From Porphyridium purpureum (lineage: Eukaryota): a DNA stretch of 64,000 bases. Position numbers and translations under genes: made by a program. Position 1 is the first letter of the stretch. The number at the start of each line of letters is the position of its first letter. The notes under the pieces are model-generated. The model ran no database searches and was not told the origin of the DNA. It saw only the letters and a list, made by a program, of their open reading frames with translations. Positions 1 to 10,738 of this stretch are shown here, one piece after another. The stretch covers positions 372,001 through 436,000 of the forward strand of contig VRMN01000001.1 in the NCBI GenBank assembly GCA_008690995.1. The letters run 5' to 3'.

Positions 1-1
1 C

Positions 2-463
2 AAACGGGTCAAGCTCGATGCAGCTGCTGAAGGAAAGACAGGACCTGTGCGGAACCGCGGAGACGTGCTGAAAATGCAGCACCGCGTGGGGCAGACTGTG
101 CTGGTGAGCAGTAACCAGGACGCCAATGCGGGGTTCCACTGTGATCTTTGCGACGTGCTCTTCAAGGACTCGAACTCGTACATGCGCCATGTCAATGGCA
201 AGAAGCACCAGAACATACTTGGCAGATCCTCTCGCGTTCAGCGTAGTTCAGTGGTAGATGTGCAGGAAGCGATTAAGCGAGCGGCCGGACCTTTGGGTGA
301 TCATCTCGAGCACGGTGTTCAGCAGCAGCCTTCAGAACCTGGCGCGAATTCCAAATCGGAAGAGGCGGCAGTAGATGATGTGGACGTCGAAGGTAGCCAG
401 ATCGAAGGCGCTTACGCAGAACTTGGTTTACCTGTATCATTTACATCTGGACGAAAAGGGTGA
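2..463 (+). CDS. ZMAT2: Matrin-type C2H2 zinc-finger spliceosomal protein (ZMAT2/Snu23-like), 5'-truncated by window edge
   Basis: GFHCDLCDVLFKDSNSYMRHVNGKKHQNILG matrin finger and C-terminal LGLPVSF; frame open to window start. Confidence 0.8.
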   Translation, partial: KRVKLDAAAEGKTGPVRNRGDVLKMQHRVGQTVLVSSNQDANAGFHCDLCDVLFKDSNSYMRHVNGKKHQNILGRSSRVQRSSVVDVQEAIKRAAGPLGDHLEHGVQQQPSEPGANSKSEEAAVDDVDVEGSQIEGAYAELGLPVSFTSGRKG

Positions 464-499
464 TACTCGAATGATGAAATGATCAGTACAGTGTTCGCT

Positions 500-1997
500 T
501 CAACACATACTCTTAATCACCGTCATGTTAGGCCCCACTTTGGGTCGGACCGCGCGAATCATGCCAAGGCCCTTATCCGGATCAATGCCTTCATACCTTG
601 CAAGGTAGAGAATCGCGACCGCAGGAGCGCGGCCCATTCCGGCAGTGCAGTGGATGTATACGGTGTGTCCCTCGTCAACAAGTTGTTTGACCTGTGCGGC
701 TGCTTGCTCCAAGTTGCTGCGGAGCGAGTCTGCATGAAAATCGAGGATGGGCACACGCACGCAAGGCATCGCAAGGTCTGCGTAGCACTTTTCAATCGTT
801 GGCCAGTCAATTTGCCGCTGTGCAAAGTCGTGATCGGTCTGTACATTCAAGACAGCTGAGCTACCCGAAGCTCGAATCTGCTCAATGTCCTGCGCGCTTT
901 GCGGATACGGTCCGAGGACGATCTTATTTGTAATCCGATCAATGTCCATTTCTGACACAAAATTTGCGTCGAAGATCTCAAAGAGTCCGTTTTCGACCGG
1001 TGACCCTTTCGGCAAGTCCACCGAGCGGTTTGGCTCGCGCTCCCAAATAGCCGTATTCTTCGCCACATCGAGTTGTGCATAGCGGTACACTGGATTGCTG
1101 CGGTCAGCAACGTTTGTTACCGGGAATGTGAGCTCCCAGCATCGCTCCAAACCTCCAGTCTTTGTGCGACGCAATGGGCCAGTGCCCATGGGAACGGGCT
1201 TGCTCCAGTCTCCCATTTCTGGAAACGAGCCAATGACACCCAAGACGAGCGGGTCCGGAAGAGGATGGAAAATGACCAAGCGCATCATGAAGCCTTCCCA
1301 GCAGCTGTACAGCTCGCACTCGGCAGAATCTCCTTTCATCACAGTCTCTGATACCGCAGTGTACTTTTCGAGGAGCGGACGGATTCTGCACGAACGATTG
1401 GGGCCGGCCTCATACAGCGCGTCTTGTATCCGCTCGCCGCTCGAAGGCACAATTAAGAACTTTGCCTGAAACGAAGAGTCCAGAACGGAGCGGCATGGCA
1501 AGTACACAGTCCCAATCCACTTGTTTGGCGCACTGCAGTGCAGGCGAAAAGCGCGCTCTGGTTTCCAGGCGCCGAGCTCGTGCAGCTCTCCGCACACAGC
1601 CAGCGTCTGATTGAAAGAAAGGTCTTTGTACATCTTGAACCTGAGACCGATGGGTTGATCCATGAGCACGGTCTGTTCAGTTTGGCTGATCTCTGCTGGA
1701 TCTGGAAGCACCAAGTTTCCAGCCAGAGGCCACCACACGACGTCGGGGACGGTCGCTGAAGCTGGGACTTGGACTGTAGCCTCTCTAGGTTTGAGCACGT
1801 ACTTGTAATGCACATCCACCTCATCCAAAGCGGGCAAATCCCATTCAAACAGTCCATCTGGCGACTCGCGCGTGGCCGGCAACGCGCGCTGCGGGTCCCA
1901 TCCACCCAATCGTTCTGCACTCCCGCACACATACATCTGGCACGCGGCCTGCTCGTGCGCAGCCGGTACGCGACACATCAACGTAATGATCCCCATG
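500..1997 (-). CDS. Laforin-like glucan phosphatase (three CBM20 modules + dual-specificity phosphatase)
   Basis: Three CBM20-like segments (VCGSAERLGGWDP, VCGELHELGAWKP, VIGSFPEMGDW..WEREPNR) and DSP active site HCTAGMGRAP; start taken at MGIITL. Confidence 0.85.
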
Positions 1998-2202
1998 TTT
2001 CTCTTTCTCTTTCCAGCCTGCCGCCTCTCCGCGTGCGAGACAGCCGTCACGTACGCACTGCACGCCGCGCAGGTCGCCACACAACCACCTTGCCTGCCCA
2101 AGCTTCACCCACCACCGGTCCAGATTCAATTCGATCACGCTTTCACTCTGCCCACACGTGGAACCGAGCAGCCGAAATGTTTTCCACCACCCAGGAATGA
2201 AG

Positions 2203-2284
2203 GTACAGTCCCACTTACTCACTGTACACCCGCCAAAAGTTTAGGGTTTTGCATGTAAGTTTAAGTGTACTTTTTCGGTACAGT
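2203..2284. promoter_or_regulatory. Divergent promoter with three GTACAGT/ACTGTAC motifs
   Basis: Motif at 2203, 2221 and 2278 between the laforin and thioredoxin starts. Confidence 0.45.
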
Positions 2285-2393
2285 AACTTACAGATACATG
2301 GTTTGAGCTCGAGTGCGATGCGGCGGAGGCGGGAAGGGGACAGAGAGAGAGAGTAAGGTTGTGAGGTTATTGTGCGGTGTGGTGGTATTGGCA

Positions 2394-2885
2394 ATGGGTG
2401 CGATGGCTGGGTTTGTGGCGGGCGGCGGAGCGCGCGTGGATGTGCGGCACGCGCAGATGCGCTCGCAATGTGCATGGGCGCGCGGCGCGCAGGCGGCGAT
2501 GGTGAGACCGGCGCGCCGCGCCGCCGCGCTGCAGATGGTCAGGAAGGTGAACAGCGAGGAGCTCGAGGTCGAGCTGCAGAACTTGGGTGAGATGCCCATG
2601 ATCGTGGACTTTTATGCAACGTGGTGTGGGCCGTGCCAGTTTCTCGTGCCAGAGCTCGAGAAGCTCGAAAAGCAGTACGCAGGGCGCATCAAGATCTTGA
2701 AAGTCGATTCGGACGAGGAGGCAGACCTCTGCACGGCGCTCAAGATTCGCGGTCTCCCGACGCTCATGTTTATCCAGAGCGGAACGCTCAAATATCGTAT
2801 GGAGGGCGCGCTGGCTGCAGAGCAGCTCGCAATGATTTCCGAGCAAGCGTTTTTCGCCCCGCCCCAAGAAGTCGCTCAACAATAG
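2394..2885 (+). CDS. Plastid thioredoxin (Trx z/CITRX-like)
   Basis: IVDFYATWCGPC, KVDSDEE, IRGLPTL; Ala/Arg-rich transit peptide (MAGFVAG). Confidence 0.85.
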   Translation: MGAMAGFVAGGGARVDVRHAQMRSQCAWARGAQAAMVRPARRAAALQMVRKVNSEELEVELQNLGEMPMIVDFYATWCGPCQFLVPELEKLEKQYAGRIKILKVDSDEEADLCTALKIRGLPTLMFIQSGTLKYRMEGALAAEQLAMISEQAFFAPPQEVAQQ

Positions 2886-4317
2886 GTTTAGTCTGATCCG
2901 AACTCAAAATCGGCGGTGTCCCAGCACACCGCGTCCCGGTTTTAACCGGAAGGGTCAGGCCCCAATGCTAGAGACCGAAATCCCCAGCGCTTCATAGTTG
3001 CACAAGAAAAGCTATTTGCACCGTCCATGTCGCGCGTCCTCCCGTTAGAACCGAGAATCTTCCGCCAACGCCTTACGCACTTCTTCCATCATCATTGCTT
3101 TTACAGACGACAGGACGGATTGGATCTCTTGACCACAAGAACCATTCCTGATCGCGTTTGCACCTTTACTGTCGAGCAGAATCAGTTTTGACAAGTGACC
3201 GGCTTCAGCGAGCGCGAGCCCATGGTGAGAGCAGAATTGGATCTCTTTGGTATCTCATTTGCAAACTTCGATTTCATCGAGACACAAGTGGTTCCCTCTT
3301 GCTTCACGCAACCACCATTTTCGGCCTTTTCCGGACTTTTGTGTAACTCGGCTTTGACACGCACTCTCAGGTCACGTGCCAGCTTTTTCATCCTGAGCTT
3401 TTCTCTCTCTTTCTCTCTCTCCCTGCAACCTTCACCCTCGTTGATTTGGCCAAGATGATGGAAGATGAACGGCGGCTTGATGAGCTACCACGAATGTACC
3501 ACGAAACAGAAGCAGAAGCCCAAGCTTTTTGGTGCGTCATCGGGCACGGTGTGCCTCCAAGTGTTGATTACGAAGAAGAGATCTTCAGTGCTATATGTGC
3601 ACTGCATGCGGCGCTTGCGTCCGTGATGATGTTGTCCGATTCCTCTTTGGTGGTATTCTTCGTGGTATTTGGCTTGCCCTTGCATTAGCCGGCGCGTCGA
3701 ATGTGAGCAACCAGGAGAAAGCCACGCTCAAGATGATGCGCCTACGCTGCAAATCTGGCGACGTACGACAGCAATTGTCGCGCATAATCGCATCAGATTT
3801 TGGCGCTGAACCGACTCTCACCGGACTCGATCACATGTGACCAGGAACAAGATTGTTCGGTATCGTATCCTGGATTCACTGCTCGTTGGACGTGAAGGCA
3901 CACGACCTCCAGCTGTCAAAAAAAGCGCCCCCCGCAAGGAGATGACCGGGTCACAAGGATACCCACGCTTGTCCCGAAGAGCTCAAGGCACGAATTCTTG
4001 GCCTTGCCGTCGTCGCACCAAGAACACGAGACAAGCCCACTGAGCCACGCGGCACGTGGCAGGGCTCGCGTAGATCTCTTGGTAAGAGTCAGGGTACCGT
4101 TCCTGGTGCCCTTGTAAGAGCAAGCGGCGGAAAGCAGACGACGGACGGGCTTCGAAAGTCTACTTATTTACGCTCGGATGTTCGCGGCGCCCCTCGAGGG
4201 GGTATGTGTTGGAAATGCACGATGCGCGGCAGTGTAATCCCTGTTTGCCGTTGCGACAGGCGATACTTTGCTCTTCGGATTGCTTTCAGCCCCCACCCCA
4301 GCGCTAAATGATCGTTT

Positions 4318-4614
4318 TCAGTTCGTTGGCTGCTGCACGGTCTGCCGCTCGCTCTGCCCCGTCTGCTTCCGCTGCCTCTGAGCGCGCCTGCACGCCTTGT
4401 AGAGCTCTGCCTCTGGGCGGCAATCATCATCGTTCTTCATCCCCAACACGTGACTTTCGACGCACGCCTCGTACACGGCCAAAGCACGCTCGCATGGATC
4501 CTCCTCAGCACCGTTTACCGGACGCTGTGCTGCGCTGTCGCGCGACAAGCCCGCGTGCGTCGCGTCCTGGGCTCGTTCCGGCGCCGTGTTCTGCGAATCA
4601 CTGTTCGCCACCAT
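4318..4614 (-). CDS. Small twin-CX9C (CHCH) mitochondrial intermembrane-space protein
   Basis: CERALAVYEAC and CRPEAELYKAC are two exact CX9C motifs. Confidence 0.65.
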   Translation of the reverse strand: MVANSDSQNTAPERAQDATHAGLSRDSAAQRPVNGAEEDPCERALAVYEACVESHVLGMKNDDDCRPEAELYKACRRAQRQRKQTGQSERQTVQQPTN

Positions 4615-4959
4615 GTTGCCACCGCGCTCGCCAGCTGCTGAAGTCACAGACGCACAAGCTCAGGGCCAGATCCAGTTTCGTTCCACGCGCAACTCCTCGG
4701 AAAGACTTGTTCAACGCGCTCAACTTTCATGTGTGGAAAACAAGTGCATGTGGGAGGCGCGAACCATCGTGGTGTCGATTGGACGGACGTCGTCGAATAG
4801 AGCGTCGAGGATGCAATTGAACAGCGCTTCCTGAATGTTGGTGCACGTTCCCGGTTCGGTCAAGAGTTGCAGCCACTTGTGGCCCATTTTGCTTTGTTCT
4901 CCCTGCGCCGAGTAAGCACGAAGCCTGCTGATGTGTTCTTGGAACTTCGGCTTTTCGCG

Positions 4960-6033
4960 CGGACGCCCCGGAACGTATTGGCCGCCAAGCGACCGACGTT
5001 GTTGATTGAGTTGAACGAAATGGAAGCCGAAGATGCGGGCGTCTTCGTCGTCGTCGAGGCTTTTCAATCGAATGCGATTCGTCCAGAAGAGCCTCGTGCC
5101 TGGAGTCATAAAATGAGCTGACGCATAGGACAAGATCGCAGACGACCGCGACGCCGAAGAAGCTATCCGTGCCGACACCGGCAATAGGTGTTGCGGTGGT
5201 TTGCGCCATGGAGGGCTATTCCTCTGTCTACGAAATGCTGGATTCGATTTCCGGCGAGCGGAGCAAGCTCATGCGCTCTCCATGCGCCATCGTGATTCAA
5301 ACCTGTCCAGCTCATTGAAGGGAGCGGGATGGTGGTTGAGGCTAAGAAGCTAGCAGAGCATTATGGTTATTTTGAGCCAGATCACGTTGCCCACGAGGAA
5401 AACACACAGATTCATGCAAAGAGGACTAGTCCAGAGACCCTCGAACTCGTGGATACGAAAAACATTTCAAGTTGGTTTGCTCGTCTGGCACGGCAGGTAT
5501 CTAGAAAGGAGGTTGTTTTTTTTTTCGGTTCCTCGAGAAAGGTGTCGAGACACGAAAATGCATGCATGGCAGCCGTCAAACGCGCTGATGCTTCATTCTG
5601 ACGCATGGATAGAGAACGCCGCGGATGATCGCATCACAGAGCCGTATCCTGTTCGGCGACTTTATTTGCTGCAAGGCTGAGCCCTCAACTTTATCCTGAA
5701 TCTTCTGTCGGAAGCAATCCACAGAATTCTGTCGATTAGCTGCATCACGTGGATGACACGAAGGCGAAAGCGTGTGCCCGCGAACATGCGCCGCGAGAGC
5801 GGGTCGTGTTGCGCCTTTCTGGCAACGAAAGTTTGATGTCAGCCCGTGACCTTGCCATGACAGCTCCCTCTGAGTCACCGATTGTCCGTGTGATCCTGAA
5901 GAATGGGGAGAGATGCCTATCCACTCTGTTTTCTCCAGAGATTCCTTCCCATATGGCATCGGAGCAGAAGGAGATTGCTGTATCGACGGCGTCCGAAGCG
6001 CCTCCAAGCTTCCGTGTGCCTGCCGCTGTGTAG
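4960..6033 (+). pseudogene. cysK: Decayed cysteine synthase (O-acetylserine thiol-lyase, CysK-type)
   Basis: Colinear relics across frames: VFVVVEAF, EAIRADTG, IGVAVVCAMEGY, SGERSKLMR, GMVVEAKKLAEHYGYF, LQG*ALNFI, LSGNESLMSA, NGERCLST; several stops and frameshifts. Confidence 0.75.
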
Positions 6034-6852
6034 GCGCTGGACCGTGTGCGGGCCCGTATTTCAACGTTTTTCGGTCGTGGTATGGTTGCATGAATTCTTT
6101 GAATTCTGCGTGACGATTTCCGTCTGTTGGATGCTCTCAGAGCGCGATGCGCGGAAGCACTTTTGACTCTTTCAAAGTCATCCCAGGAAGCTACGGCTAA
6201 AAGTATCGCGCCGCTCTATCTTCCTTGTCAGAGCGCAACAGCTTCCCTCAGTGATTCATTGGCAGTCGGATTCTGCGGAAGATCGCTGGACACTTGTATA
6301 CAATGGGGATTGGCGGTGTAGGTGCCACTGGTGGATGCGGCTCGGGCAAAGCACGCCAACTTTGGAAATTTCAGCAGCGACGCATTTGAATTTCCTTTCA
6401 GAGGGGTTGACGCAGAACGCGCTGTATTCCAAGAGACGAGCTTCTGAGAATACGCCACGCAATGTCAATTTTCCTTTTTGCCTTCCACCCCTTTTTATTT
6501 GCTTGCGCATGGCCGGGGACTTCAACACATCCGCCGCTCTCATGGAGTGTCCTTTGCCTGAAAAACCAACACAAGGACAGAAAGATACGCGCTTCATCTT
6601 GCATTCGCCAAGTCGGCATGAGTATTCACGCAGCGGACGGAACCGAATACCATCGCGCGCTGTTGCCCAACACATGTCGACTGCGTCCTGTAGTCCTTGC
6701 TCAGGCGCTTGGACGCGCTCAGTGGATTTCAACTGTACATCGCTGTACACCTACTTGCGGTCGGTGTTGTTTGAGAAGTGTGGAATGTGAGATCGGTGGA
6801 AAAGGTTCGAGGTGCGGCGAGCAGGTGATGAGTGGGTTATTCGCAGGCAAAC

Positions 6853-9726
6853 ATGTTTGTCGTGAGCTGGAGCAACGCTGCGCACGGTGCCACTGGCGCG
6901 CGCGCCAATGTACGGCCATGCGCGGACAGACGTGGAGCTCGCGTGAGGATGTGTGTCCAGCGCGCGGGTGTGGCGCCAAGTCGGAACGACCGTGCTGATG
7001 TCGACGCGCCCAAGCAACCTGCTCGCGCAGAACGCGGTGGCGCTGCTCGCGTAAGCGATTTTGTGTGGTACTTTGCGTACGCCAGCAATTTGAGCCCGCA
7101 AAGATTTGGCCCTTCTGCATCGGGTGCGCGCAAGTTCAAGTACGAGGACGCCGTGCCAGTTTGTCTGGATGGGTATGAGCTCGTGTTCAACGCTCCAGGT
7201 ATTGCTCCATTTGAGCCAGTCTTTGGTAATATTCAGCCTCGGCGGGGTGCGCATGTGCGCGGTGTGGCCTACAAATTGTCGACAGCGAATTTTAGGGCAT
7301 TGGCCCTCTCGGAGGGCGCGCCGTTCACTCGCGGGCCGCTGGTGTCGGCTTCTCCAAGTCGCATCGAGCAGGTGTCAGTGAGGGGCCTGCACGACCAAGA
7401 TCTTGTGCTGACGTGCTCGACCTGCGTGTTTCGGACTTGGCCACTCGCGTTGAGTGATCGGCTACCGCGCCGGCTGCGTCCGTCGCAGAGATACCAGCGC
7501 CTGATTTTGAACGGTATCGACTTTTGGGGTCTCGGCAGCGATTACAGGAACAGCCTGGAGCAAAAATTCAATCTTGCTGCACCAGTGCGCGCTTCGCTAG
7601 GAGCTCGAAATAGAATCAGCGAGCTTCTCGAAAGAATAAGGGGAGAAAAGCCGCAACGCAGCACAAGCAATTCGCCCGGCGAAAGGTACCTGGACGTTTT
7701 CATGCCAAATACGCCTGCGGAAGAACACCTTCGGCGTTGGATGGATGAACTCGAGTTTCTCCGACCCGGGTTGAAACTCATGAACCCGGCTGCATTCAAG
7801 GCAGACGACCCGCCGTCAACCAGCCGCTCAGATAAGCCTCTTCTTGTGTTTATCCCCGGAATCGATGGATCCGGGCTATCCATTCTTCCTCACGTGAGCA
7901 AGATCGAGCAAGATTTTGATCTCCGTATTTTGAATGTGCCCGCGGAAGACAGGAAAGGGTGGCGAGATCTTGCAGATTCTGTTCACGATCTGATTGAGCA
8001 GGCCCGCGATGAAAAGGCCGATAAGAAGGATGTGTTTCTGTTTGGAGAGAGCATGGGCGCAGTTCTTGCATTGTTCCTCGCTCAGCGTTTCCCCCGTGCG
8101 TACGAGCGCATCGTAATTCTCAACCCTGCGACGTCGTTTGCCAGCATGGACCCTCTGCTCCGATTGCTGTGGATTAACGCTGTACCGAATCTCTCCGAAC
8201 GCGTCTACAACGCTGTGCCCTTTGCTTTGGTTCCTCAGATTTACGACTGGTCTTTCATGGCCTCGCAAATGACCACGCCAAAGGCCGCTGCGGAAGCTGC
8301 GCTCTCGGCTTTGAACATTGACATTCTGCGTGAGTTTCTACCCGCCAAGACACTGCAACATCGTCTGAATCTGCTAGACATGAATCCGATCTCCGACGGG
8401 ACCTTGAAGCGCATGAAGGACTGCGACGTGCATCTTCTTGTTGCGCCAAATGACAGACTGATTCCATCATTAAGAGATTCCAAGCGGCTGCTTGAGCTGA
8501 TCCCTCGAAGCACGCGGCACGTCTTGAAAGGGGGTTCGCATGCCGCCCTGCTTGACGCTCGTATTGATTTCAGCAAGCTTTTGCGTGAATCATTGTTAGA
8601 CAAGGAACGAGCGCACGTGCGCGAAGCAGCCGAGCAAAGAGCAGAACGCCCACTGGTGAGGTCCTTGTTTTCAAATTCTGGGAAGAATGATTTTAGGCCT
8701 CCGACTCCCCGGCAGATACGGGAGCAGGTGGCAAGGCTGAAGTCCATCCAGGCCTTTTTCTCACCGGTCTTTATCGGTATGGAACGTGTCCCTCACAGTC
8801 TGTTTGCCGAGAACCGACCAATTTTGCTGATTGCGAACCATACGATGTACGGCCTGCTGGATATTCCGTTTATCGTGAAGCAGCTTTTAGAAAATCGAGG
8901 CGTGCTCGTGCGTGGCCTGGCTCATCCAGCAATATTTCGCGGCGCAGCGCAAGCTCGTAAAGAAAAGGAAAGTCAGAATGCCACAGGCACCGCACCATCG
9001 CAAACGCAGAAAGAACAGGAGCAGAATTCGAATGGCGTCGCATCGATTGCAAGCACTTTTGAGCAATTTGGTGCTCTTTCAGCATCTCCCAGAGCCCTGT
9101 ATCGTATGCTCAAGGCAAATGAGGCGGTGCTCTTGTTTCCGGGAGGCGCGCGCGAGGCATACAAGAGGCGTGGGGAGAAACACACGCTGCATTGGCCAGA
9201 GGACCCTGAATTTGTTCGAATGGCTTTGAAATTCAATGCGCTCGTCGTCCCCGTAGCGTGCGTCGGGCCAGATGACTCTTTCCAAATTGTGCTGGACTCG
9301 TCTGAGCTTCTGCGCGTTCCAGTGCTTGGAAAATATGTGGAAACGGAGACGCGGAAACAAATGATTGGCGCAGTGCGGTCATGGAAGGGCCGCGACGTAA
9401 GCGAACTAGAAGCGCTAGATTTTCTTCCTCCTGTTTCTCTTCCAAAGGCACCGCGCCGCGTGTACATTGAATTTGGTGAGCCCATCGATCTCCAGGAACG
9501 TTTCAACGCGCTGACGCAAAGTGATGAACGAGCACGAGCCGCGACGCTATACTCTGAAATCCGAACAACACTTGCCGGACAGATCCAGTCGCTCGAGAAG
9601 CGCCGCGAAGGAGACAGCTATGACACGGACACGATTGGGCGTCTTTTATACGAGCGCATGAACCAGACGTCCGCACCCGTCGGCTTTCTCACGGACGGAA
9701 ACAAGGACGGCTACTTTGCAAAGTGA
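6853..9726 (+). CDS. Plastid-targeted fusion: gamma-glutamylcyclotransferase-like domain + alpha/beta-hydrolase + acyltransferase (phytyl ester synthase/ELT family)
   Basis: WYFAYASNL..GVAYKL..LSEG (GGCT); PGIDGSG, GESMG, GGSHA (hydrolase); NHTMYGLLD, LLFPGGAREA, EFVRMA, FGEPI (acyltransferase). Confidence 0.85.
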   Translation: MFVVSWSNAAHGATGARANVRPCADRRGARVRMCVQRAGVAPSRNDRADVDAPKQPARAERGGAARVSDFVWYFAYASNLSPQRFGPSASGARKFKYEDAVPVCLDGYELVFNAPGIAPFEPVFGNIQPRRGAHVRGVAYKLSTANFRALALSEGAPFTRGPLVSASPSRIEQVSVRGLHDQDLVLTCSTCVFRTWPLALSDRLPRRLRPSQRYQRLILNGIDFWGLGSDYRNSLEQKFNLAAPVRASLGARNRISELLERIRGEKPQRSTSNSPGERYLDVFMPNTPAEEHLRRWMDELEFLRPGLKLMNPAAFKADDPPSTSRSDKPLLVFIPGIDGSGLSILPHVSKIEQDFDLRILNVPAEDRKGWRDLADSVHDLIEQARDEKADKKDVFLFGESMGAVLALFLAQRFPRAYERIVILNPATSFASMDPLLRLLWINAVPNLSERVYNAVPFALVPQIYDWSFMASQMTTPKAAAEAALSALNIDILREFLPAKTLQHRLNLLDMNPISDGTLKRMKDCDVHLLVAPNDRLIPSLRDSKRLLELIPRSTRHVLKGGSHAALLDARIDFSKLLRESLLDKERAHVREAAEQRAERPLVRSLFSNSGKNDFRPPTPRQIREQVARLKSIQAFFSPVFIGMERVPHSLFAENRPILLIANHTMYGLLDIPFIVKQLLENRGVLVRGLAHPAIFRGAAQARKEKESQNATGTAPSQTQKEQEQNSNGVASIASTFEQFGALSASPRALYRMLKANEAVLLFPGGAREAYKRRGEKHTLHWPEDPEFVRMALKFNALVVPVACVGPDDSFQIVLDSSELLRVPVLGKYVETETRKQMIGAVRSWKGRDVSELEALDFLPPVSLPKAPRRVYIEFGEPIDLQERFNALTQSDERARAATLYSEIRTTLAGQIQSLEKRREGDSYDTDTIGRLLYERMNQTSAPVGFLTDGNKDGYFAK

Positions 9727-10085
9727 CCGATACGCGAGTCACACCCGTACCCATTGGGACACTGCAAGGCGAGTGGACATCGAACGGCAAAGACAGCAGC
9801 GTAATTGTTATTGTGCTGGATGGCCAAGTGCAGTGAACATGGGCAAGAAGAGGCATGCTGTGCGAGGTGGGGTCGTGACCTTGCGCTTGTCTGAACGACT
9901 CGGCTGCATCGAAGCAACAAGTCTCGAACCATTTACTATAAAAGCTGCTTGTTTACTTAGACAAGGGGTACAGTCTGTGCCCGAAATGTGGTTGGCCATT
10001 TTGCAGCCGCCCGAGCGTCGCCGCGAGCGACAGGCGCGTGAATGTGTCTGGAGCTCAAGCGAGGGGTCTGTTGTGACGTGTTCGC

Positions 10086-10715
10086 ATGAGAATGGACAGT
10101 GCGCCCGGAGCGTTTGTGGCAGGCGCTGCCATTGCAAGAGGGGCAGATGGCGCCCGGCACAGTGCACTGCGCGCGCGGTCTTTGTGCGGGCGTACGTTGC
10201 GCGCGCCCGCGGCACAAGTGATTCGCATGTTGGAACACCCCAACCCGAAGTTCAGACGTATTGAGTTCCAGGAATTCCAGAAGCCGCCCAAGGGCTTCAA
10301 CTGGGATAAGAAATACCCCGGAACAATGCCACCGGGCCAGGCCGGTGATAATTATCCCCTTGAAAGTATCGAGGACGTGTGGAAAGGCGTGGACTTGACG
10401 GTGAGCAGCGTCTATGACCGCGAAGACGAGATCATTGAGCCCTGTGTGGACTTTCTCGAGCTAGTGGCCAACTCAGGAAAACTTGTGAGCAGGAACCACG
10501 ACGCTGGCTTTGATGAGGACAACTTTGAAAAGGTGGCCAAAAAGGTGCGAGCGCAAGTGCAAGAGGAGGACCTCGAATTCGATCCGCGTGGGGATGAGGC
10601 GGATGAGTTTTCTTCCTTCTATAAGGATAGTGACGACGAGAATGGGATGATTCCAAGCGGCGCCACAGAGTTTCTCGAGTATGGCGGGGACGATGAGCGG
10701 ATGCAGCTCGATTAG
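10086..10715 (+). CDS. Acidic plastid-targeted protein of unknown function
   Basis: 209-aa ORF, AFVAG transit-peptide-like start, D/E-rich C-terminus, GTACAGT motif upstream at 9968. Confidence 0.65.
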   Translation: MRMDSAPGAFVAGAAIARGADGARHSALRARSLCGRTLRAPAAQVIRMLEHPNPKFRRIEFQEFQKPPKGFNWDKKYPGTMPPGQAGDNYPLESIEDVWKGVDLTVSSVYDREDEIIEPCVDFLELVANSGKLVSRNHDAGFDEDNFEKVAKKVRAQVQEEDLEFDPRGDEADEFSSFYKDSDDENGMIPSGATEFLEYGGDDERMQLD

Positions 10716-10738
10716 CACTCCAAAAATTCGTTCAGTTT

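Noticed and set aside
4720..5209. Two minus-strand ORFs of 154 and 160 aa
   Set aside because: Largely antisense to the cysK pseudogene; no motifs
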